DNA of 64,000 nt from an uncultured Solirubrobacteraceae bacterium (lineage in GTDB: Bacteria; Actinomycetota; Thermoleophilia; Solirubrobacterales; Solirubrobacteraceae), in NCBI GenBank assembly GCA_963698065.1, contig OY969117.1, positions 3,574,329-3,638,328 on the forward strand, in the 5' to 3' direction. Position numbers and translations under genes: made by a program. The notes beneath the pieces were generated by a model, which was not told where the DNA came from, searched no databases, and saw only the letters and a list, made by a program, of their open reading frames with translations. Positions 59,025 to 64,000 of the stretch are shown piece after piece; positions within the stretch are counted from its first letter, which is position 1; every line of letters starts with the position of its first letter.

Positions 59025-59626
59025 GCCACGCGGAGACGGACACGGCGCGCACTCCGCCGGAGCACTTCGAGGCGCTGTACGAGGCGAGCCCGGACCCATG
59101 GAACTACGACTCGAGCGAGTACGAGCGGGAGAAGTACGCGGCCACGCTGGACGCGGTGGGGCCCGGTCCGCACGGGCGTGCGCTCGAGGTCGGATGCTCG
59201 ATCGGAGCTTTCACGCAACTGCTCGCCCCCCGCTGCAGGGAGCTGGTGGCGATGGACTTCTCCGCGCGGGCGATCGAGCTGGCCAAGGCGCGCCTCGGCC
59301 TGCTCCCGAACGTAGAGGTCATCCAGGGGACCTTCCCCGAGCAGGCGCCCGCGGGGCGCTGGGATGTGGTGGTGTGCTCGGAGGTCCTCTACTACCTGGG
59401 CCGCTCGGCGTTCATGCTGGCGGTGCAATGGCTGCGCCGCCAGCTCGAGCAGGGGACGCGTCTGGTGGCGGTCAGCTGGCGGGGCGAGGGGATGAGTGAG
59501 CCGCTGCGCGGGGATTGGGCGCACGATCGGCTACTCACCGAGTTGCACGACTGGCATGTCCTCGACGGACGCCGGCCGGGCTACAGGCTCGATCGCTTCG
59601 ACGGCCATGGCCCCGATCGCGTCTAG
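59021..59626 (+). CDS. NodS-like SAM-dependent methyltransferase
   Basis: HFEALYEASPDPWNYDSSEYEREKYAATLDAV...ALEVGCSIGAFTQLLAPRC...VVVCSEVLYYL has the NodS-family layout. ATGA overlap with the upstream stop. Confidence 0.8.
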   Translation: MSHAETDTARTPPEHFEALYEASPDPWNYDSSEYEREKYAATLDAVGPGPHGRALEVGCSIGAFTQLLAPRCRELVAMDFSARAIELAKARLGLLPNVEVIQGTFPEQAPAGRWDVVVCSEVLYYLGRSAFMLAVQWLRRQLEQGTRLVAVSWRGEGMSEPLRGDWAHDRLLTELHDWHVLDGRRPGYRLDRFDGHGPDRV

Positions 59627-59630
59627 CTCG

Positions 59631-61388
59631 ATGAACGCGCCCGCCGAGTGCCTGCGCGCGGTCGTCGTGGTCCCGGCCCGCGACGAGGCGCTGCGGATCG
59701 GCGCGTGCCTGCGTGCTCTGGCCGATCAGCGCGAGCTCCCGCCAGACGCCTACGAGGTGATCGTCGTGCTCGACGGCTGTCGTGACGAGACCGCCGAGGT
59801 CGTGGCCCGATTCGCGGCGGGAACCCCTCGGCTCGCCCTGCACGCGGTCGAGCTGGACGCTCCGCGAGGAGTCGGATGGGCACGCCGGCTCGGCATGGAT
59901 CTGGCATGCGAGCGCCTGCTCGGACTCGGTCGCGAGCAGGGCCTGATCGCGAGCACGGACGCCGACAGCGTGGTCGCGCCCGACTGGCTCGCCACCCAGC
60001 TCGAGTTGAGCGGGCAGGGCGCCCGCGCGATCGGCGGCCAGATCGAGCTGGACCCGACCGAGGCGCTGGAGCTCTCGGCCGAGACGCTGAGCGACCGGGA
60101 GCGCGGTCGCTCGGAGCGGATGCGCACAGTGCTCGGCCAGGGTGACGGACACGATCAAACGCACATCGAGCACCACCAGTTCAGCGGGGCTTCGCTCGCC
60201 CTCACCGCCGAGGCATACCGCGAGTGCGGGGGCCTGCCCGTGCGAGCGGCCCTGGAGGACGAGGCGCTGGAGCTCGAGCTGGGGGCGCTCGGCATTCCGA
60301 TTCACCGCAGCCGCAGGGTGCGGGTGATGACCTCCGCCCGCACCGAGGGGCGCGCGCCGCGGGGGCTTGCTCGCGATCTCGCCCGCTCGGATTGGCGAGC
60401 TCGCCGGAGCTATCGTGCGCCGGAGTTCTCCCTGGAGCGGCTGCTCGAGCTCAAGTCGTGCTCGATCGCGCTCGTGCTGCCCGCGCGCGAGGTGGCCGCG
60501 ACGATCGGCCCGATCGTGAGGCTGGCAGCGGGACTGCGCGACGTGGGGCTGCTCGACGAGGTGCTCGTAATCGACGCCGCCTCGGGCGATGGCAGCGCAC
60601 GTGTTGCGAGCGCCGAGGGGGTCCGCGTGGTGCAGGAGAGCGAGATCGCGGAGGAGCTCGGGCCCGCGCGGGGCAAGGGCGATGCGATGTGGCGGGCGCT
60701 CAGCGTCGTAGAGAGCGAGATCGTGGCCTACGTCGACACCGACACCGAGCAGCTCGGAGGGCAGTTCATCACGGGCCTGCTCGGTCCCCTGATCTGCGAG
60801 CCCGAGATCCAGCTCGTGAAGGGGTTCTTCAGGCGACCGTTTCGCGCCGAGGGACAGGTGCTGGCAGAGGGAGGCGGCCGGGTGACCGAGCTGATGGCAC
60901 GTCCGCTGCTGAACCTGCACGCTCCGGAGCTCGCTGTGTTCGACCAGCCGCTCGCGGGCGAGGTGGCGGCTCGTCGCAGGCTGCTCGAGCAGATTCCCTT
61001 CAGCGCCGGCTACGGCGTGGAGATCGCGATGCTGATCGACGCCTGGCGGATCGTGGGCATGGACGGCCTGGCCCAGGTCGATTTGGGCGTTCGCCAGAAT
61101 CGCCACCAGTCGCTGCGCGATCTCTCGGCGATGGCCTACGCCGTGCTGGTTGCAGCCTCATCGCGTCTGCTGGGTGAGGACTTCGCCGACGCTCACGCGG
61201 TCGGCTCGCTGTCGCTGCCGCCCCTGCCGGGCGCAAGTGCGATGGAGTCGAGGCGCGTGCCGATCGAGGAGCGCCCGCCGCTAGCCGTCTACCGGTCCTC
61301 GGCTCCCCACTGCGGCTCCTCGCCCTGGGCGACCTCGCTCGCCTCACCCGTCTCGGCTGAGGCCAGGACGAACACCTCGGCGTTGTAG
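59631..61388 (+). CDS. Two-domain glycosyltransferase: N-terminal GT2 domain fused to a glucosyl-3-phosphoglycerate synthase (GpgS)-like GT domain
   Basis: Domain 1: AVVVVPARDEALRIGACLRALADQ...VIVVLDGCRDET...STDADSVVAPDWL. Domain 2: IALVLPAREVAATIG...VLVIDAASGDGS...ARGKGDAMWRAL...VDTDTEQL...GGGRVTELMARPLLNLHAPELAVFDQPLAGEVAARR...SAGYGVEIAMLID...VRQNRHQSL. ATG 59631 lies 4 nt after the methyltransferase stop. Confidence 0.8.
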   Translation: MNAPAECLRAVVVVPARDEALRIGACLRALADQRELPPDAYEVIVVLDGCRDETAEVVARFAAGTPRLALHAVELDAPRGVGWARRLGMDLACERLLGLGREQGLIASTDADSVVAPDWLATQLELSGQGARAIGGQIELDPTEALELSAETLSDRERGRSERMRTVLGQGDGHDQTHIEHHQFSGASLALTAEAYRECGGLPVRAALEDEALELELGALGIPIHRSRRVRVMTSARTEGRAPRGLARDLARSDWRARRSYRAPEFSLERLLELKSCSIALVLPAREVAATIGPIVRLAAGLRDVGLLDEVLVIDAASGDGSARVASAEGVRVVQESEIAEELGPARGKGDAMWRALSVVESEIVAYVDTDTEQLGGQFITGLLGPLICEPEIQLVKGFFRRPFRAEGQVLAEGGGRVTELMARPLLNLHAPELAVFDQPLAGEVAARRRLLEQIPFSAGYGVEIAMLIDAWRIVGMDGLAQVDLGVRQNRHQSLRDLSAMAYAVLVAASSRLLGEDFADAHAVGSLSLPPLPGASAMESRRVPIEERPPLAVYRSSAPHCGSSPWATSLASPVSAEARTNTSAL

Positions 61389-61714
61389 TCGGGGTCGTGG
61401 TGGCCCGCGCTCATGAAAGCCACGACGTCGCGGTGGAGCTCCTCCTCGATGACCTGCCGGAAGCGCTCGTTCATGACCTCCTGGAGCTCGGCGCGCAGGT
61501 CCATCACCGCGCGTGAGCGCCCCTCTTCGATCAGCGTCTTCTCGGCCTGGGTGTAGCCGCCGCTGAGCAGCACCACGACGAGATCGCCCGAGTAGTAGGT
61601 GCGAGCCTTCGTGGGGCCCTTGCCGTAGTGCTCCTTGAGCAGCCCGACGATGCGTCGCGAGATGGCCGCGAGCGTTGCCCCGTGCTCGTCACGTGTGGTT
61701 CCCCCGTTGCCCAT
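61289..61714 (-). CDS. DUF2294-like small cytoplasmic protein
   Basis: LAAISRRIVGLLKEHYGKGPTKARTYYSGDLVVVLLSGGYTQAEKTLIEEGRSRAVMDLRAELQEVM...AEVFVL. Start MGNGGTT at 61714 preferred. The acidic tail overlaps the convergent GT gene. Confidence 0.6.
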   Translation of the reverse strand: MGNGGTTRDEHGATLAAISRRIVGLLKEHYGKGPTKARTYYSGDLVVVLLSGGYTQAEKTLIEEGRSRAVMDLRAELQEVMNERFRQVIEEELHRDVVAFMSAGHHDPDYNAEVFVLASAETGEASEVAQGEEPQWGAEDR

Positions 61715-61730
61715 GGCGACAAGGTAGCCC

Positions 61731-62213
61731 CTAATGGGCAGGCGTGTGCCCAGCGAGCAGCTCGAGCGCATGCGGCAAGGACTCGGCGATCGCGCCGCCG
61801 GCCTGCTCGATGCTGCGCGGGCTTCCCGGGAAATTGACGATCAGCGTCCTCCCGGCCACGCCCGCCACACCGCGCGAGAGCATCCAGTGGCGCGTGTGGA
61901 TCTTCGAGGCGTCGCGCATCGCCTCGGCGATGCCAGGCGCCTCGCGCTCGATCACCGCGCGCGTGGCCTCGGGCGTCACGTCGCTCGGCGCGAGTCCCGT
62001 GCCGCCGGTGGTCAACACCAGCGCGCAGTCCTCAGCTGTGACCCAGCTGCGCAGGCTTGCTTCGATCGCGCTGCGCTCGTCGCTCACGAGCTCGCGGCCG
62101 GCGATCTCCAAGCCCATGCCCTCGGCGAAGGCGGCGAGTCGCGCTCCGCTCTCGTCCTCCCCACGACCGGCGGCCTTGGATGTGCTGATCGTGAGGATCG
62201 CCGCGCGCATCAT
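61731..62213 (-). CDS. mog: Molybdenum cofactor biosynthesis protein MogA/MoaB (MoCF_biosynth domain)
   Basis: MMRAAILTISTS..., LVLTTGGTGLAPSDVTPEAT, NFPGSPRS. ATGA overlap with the moaC stop. Confidence 0.85.
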   Translation of the reverse strand: MMRAAILTISTSKAAGRGEDESGARLAAFAEGMGLEIAGRELVSDERSAIEASLRSWVTAEDCALVLTTGGTGLAPSDVTPEATRAVIEREAPGIAEAMRDASKIHTRHWMLSRGVAGVAGRTLIVNFPGSPRSIEQAGGAIAESLPHALELLAGHTPAH

Positions 62214-62707
62214 CCGTCCTCCTGCAGTCGGTAGTCGCTGCGCCCGCCGCGCTTCTCGAGCAGCACGACCTCCTCGACCACCACACCGCGCTCGATGCCC
62301 TTGACCATGTCGTAGACGGTCAACGCGGCCATCGCGCACGCGACCATCGCCTCCATCTCCACGCCGGTGCGGGCGATAGTACGCACCTCGGCCACGAGCT
62401 CCACGATCCCCGCCTCCACGTTCACGCTCGCGGTCACGTCGGCGAAGCTCAGGGGGAGCGGATGCGCGAGCGGGATCAGCTGCCCGGTCTGCTTGGCCGC
62501 CATCACCCCGGCCAGCCGGGCCACACCGAGCACCTCGCCCTTGGGCCCGTCGCCGGCCTGCACCGCCCGCGCAGTGGCGGGCGACATCCGCAGCCGTGCG
62601 CGGGCGCGAGCGATGCGCTCGGTGATCGGCTTCTCGCCCACGTCGACCATGCGCGCACGTCCGTCCTCGCCGATGTGGGTGGGACGCTGGGGGATCTGGT
62701 CGCTCAC
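62210..62707 (-). CDS. moaC: Cyclic pyranopterin monophosphate synthase MoaC
   Basis: THIGEDGRARMVDVGEKPITER..., LIPLAHPLPL, TGVEMEAMVA. I prefer GTG 62707 (GTGA overlap with the upstream stop). The ORF-track start is 62734. Confidence 0.9.
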   Translation of the reverse strand: MSDQIPQRPTHIGEDGRARMVDVGEKPITERIARARARLRMSPATARAVQAGDGPKGEVLGVARLAGVMAAKQTGQLIPLAHPLPLSFADVTASVNVEAGIVELVAEVRTIARTGVEMEAMVACAMAALTVYDMVKGIERGVVVEEVVLLEKRGGRSDYRLQEDG

Positions 62708-63414
62708 GTTGACGGCTCCGCGCCGGGGGCCCATCGCTGCGCGCCGTCGGCTTCGTGTTCGCGCTTCCAGATCGGCGCCTCGGCCTTCAGCCTGTCGATC
62801 GCCGCGCGTGCACCGTCGAACGCTTCGGAGCGGTGCGGCGCGGACACGGCCACGATCACGCTGGGCTCACCCAGCCTGACGCTGCCGATGCGGTGCTCCA
62901 CTGCGGCCGCACACAGTCCGTGGGTGGCGATGCACTCGCGCATGATCCGCTCGATGCGCTCGCGCGCCATCTCCACGTAGGCCTCGTAGTCGAGGCGCTC
63001 GACCTCCCTGGTCACGCCCTGGAACGCCACGATCGCTCCGGCGCGAGGGTCGCCGACGGCACGAGCGAGGTCGTCCAACGACAGCGGCTCCTCGGTGATG
63101 CGCACGTGCAGCGCGGTGCGGCCCGGGTCCTCGTTGCTCGCCGAGCCACCGCTCACGGGCGGGATCAGCGCCAGCTCGTCGTGCTCTTGGAGCACCGTCT
63201 CGGGCGCTGCGTACTCGCGGTTGACGGCCAGCTGCACGGGCAGTCGCTCGAGCACGCCTCGCAACGTCTCCAACCTGGAGAGGCTGCGCAGGGCGTCAGC
63301 CACGGTGGCGTTCACGGGCAGCTCCAGCTCGAGGCTCCGAGCGCCGGCGCGTTCGCGCAGGATCGCAAACAGCCGCACCTCGACCCTCATGTGTCCAACC
63401 GCAGGAGAGCTCAT
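62704..63414 (-). CDS. Fused molybdopterin synthase MoaD-MoaE (MoaX-like)
   Basis: MoaD part MRVEVRLFAILRERAG...DELALIPPVSGG ends in the diglycine. It is followed in frame by a MoaE part LSLDDLARAVGDPRAGAIVAFQGVTRE...GEPSVIVAVSAPHRSEAF...LKAEAPIWKRE. ATG 63414 has an ATGA overlap with the moeA stop. Confidence 0.85.
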   Translation of the reverse strand: MSSPAVGHMRVEVRLFAILRERAGARSLELELPVNATVADALRSLSRLETLRGVLERLPVQLAVNREYAAPETVLQEHDELALIPPVSGGSASNEDPGRTALHVRITEEPLSLDDLARAVGDPRAGAIVAFQGVTREVERLDYEAYVEMARERIERIMRECIATHGLCAAAVEHRIGSVRLGEPSVIVAVSAPHRSEAFDGARAAIDRLKAEAPIWKREHEADGAQRWAPGAEPST

Positions 63415-64000
63415 GTGAGCCCTTCTCCCCATAGCGGCTCGATCTGAACGCGCTCGCCCGCGCGCACGCCCGACGAGTCGCTGGGCAGCAGCGCTAGCGC
63501 GTCGGCGGCGAGCATCGAGGTGAGCACGTGCGAACCCTGAGCGCCGGTGGGCTGGGCGTGCCAACCGTCGGCCTGCGTGCTGAGGCGGACGCGCACGGCA
63601 TGCGCGCGCCCGCGTGACTTCTCGTAGTCGACGTCCATCACCGCTGAGCGGCGGGGCCCGTAGGGAGGCAGGCCGAGCATCGAGCGCAGCGCCGGCTGGA
63701 CGAGCAGCACGAACGTGACCATCGCCGAAACCGGATTTCCGGGCAACCCGAAGACAAGCGCTCCGTCGAGCGTGCCGAACCACGTGGGATGCCCGGGCTT
63801 GAGCGCGAGCCCCCAGAACACCTCGCTCGCGCCCAGAGCCGAGAGGCCTCCGCGCACGTGGTCATGGGCTCCCACCGAGACGCCTCCGCAGATGACCGCG
63901 ACGTCGGCGGACGAGACTGACGTGGCGATCGCCGCGGTGGTCTGCCCGGAATCGTCCCCCACCGCTGCCACGCGCACCACCTCCGCCCCCGCTCGCCGCG
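63411..64000 (-). CDS. moeA: Molybdopterin molybdotransferase MoeA, C-terminal part (start beyond window)
   Basis: DVAVICGGVSVGAHDHV...LALKPGHPTWFG...VFGLPGNPVSAMVTF...ERVQIEPL. The frame stays open to the window edge. Confidence 0.8.
   Translation of the reverse strand, partial: RRAGAEVVRVAAVGDDSGQTTAAIATSVSSADVAVICGGVSVGAHDHVRGGLSALGASEVFWGLALKPGHPTWFGTLDGALVFGLPGNPVSAMVTFVLLVQPALRSMLGLPPYGPRRSAVMDVDYEKSRGRAHAVRVRLSTQADGWHAQPTGAQGSHVLTSMLAADALALLPSDSSGVRAGERVQIEPLWGEGLT

Noticed and set aside
57009-59099. 696-aa minus-strand ORF antisense to the DUF1360, deacetylase and ACAD genes
   Set aside because: Low-complexity Arg/Ala/Pro-rich translation with no recognisable domain, while the plus-strand genes carry clear family motifs.
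59535-61106. 523-aa minus-strand ORF antisense to the GT2::GpgS gene
   Set aside because: Same reasoning: a compositionally biased shadow frame. The plus strand has unambiguous glycosyltransferase signatures.

Overview
Very GC-rich (about 70% by eye), densely coding chromosome segment of actinobacterial type. This is suggested by frequent GTG/TTG starts, many 1-4 nt start/stop overlaps and long shadow ORFs on the opposite strand. I call about 60 protein genes. I found no rRNA, tRNA, CRISPR array, transposase or integrase. Content in order: (1) a translationally coupled CDP-sugar operon (rfbF, rfbG, C-methyltransferase, 3,5-epimerase, reductase, Wzx flippase). (2) Three paralogous secreted arylsulfotransferase-like (ASST) proteins, an orphan Cys-rich secreted protein, a P450, HU, a GlcD-like oxidase and a methylmalonyl-CoA-mutase-type large subunit. 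(3) A single-chain tandem TetR, then a PAPS-type sulfotransferase coupled to a wHTH protein. (4) A desaturase/HisKA_3 kinase/NarL regulator trio resembling des-desKR. (5) A VapBC pair with a palindrome at the vapB start. (6) A redox/hypoxia-like neighbourhood. It holds two paralogous LuxR-type regulators, a GAF-GAF kinase, three USP domains or genes, phosphoketolase plus acetate kinase, cydABDC plus a cation antiporter, TreT-like trehalose synthase and an SQR/NDH-2-like flavoprotein. (7) FtsH, an ABC-2 exporter, a beta-hydroxyacid dehydrogenase and a bacterial topoisomerase IB. (8) My best candidate for an undescribed system: a tight operon of DUF1360 membrane protein, CE4 (NodB-type) deacetylase, acyl-CoA-dehydrogenase-like protein, NodS-like methyltransferase and a two-domain GT2::GpgS-like glycosyltransferase. 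(9) A molybdenum cofactor operon (moeA, fused moaD-moaE, moaC, mog/moaB). All calls rest on my reading of the supplied translations, my own translation of one unlisted frame, and remembered family signatures. No database search was run.
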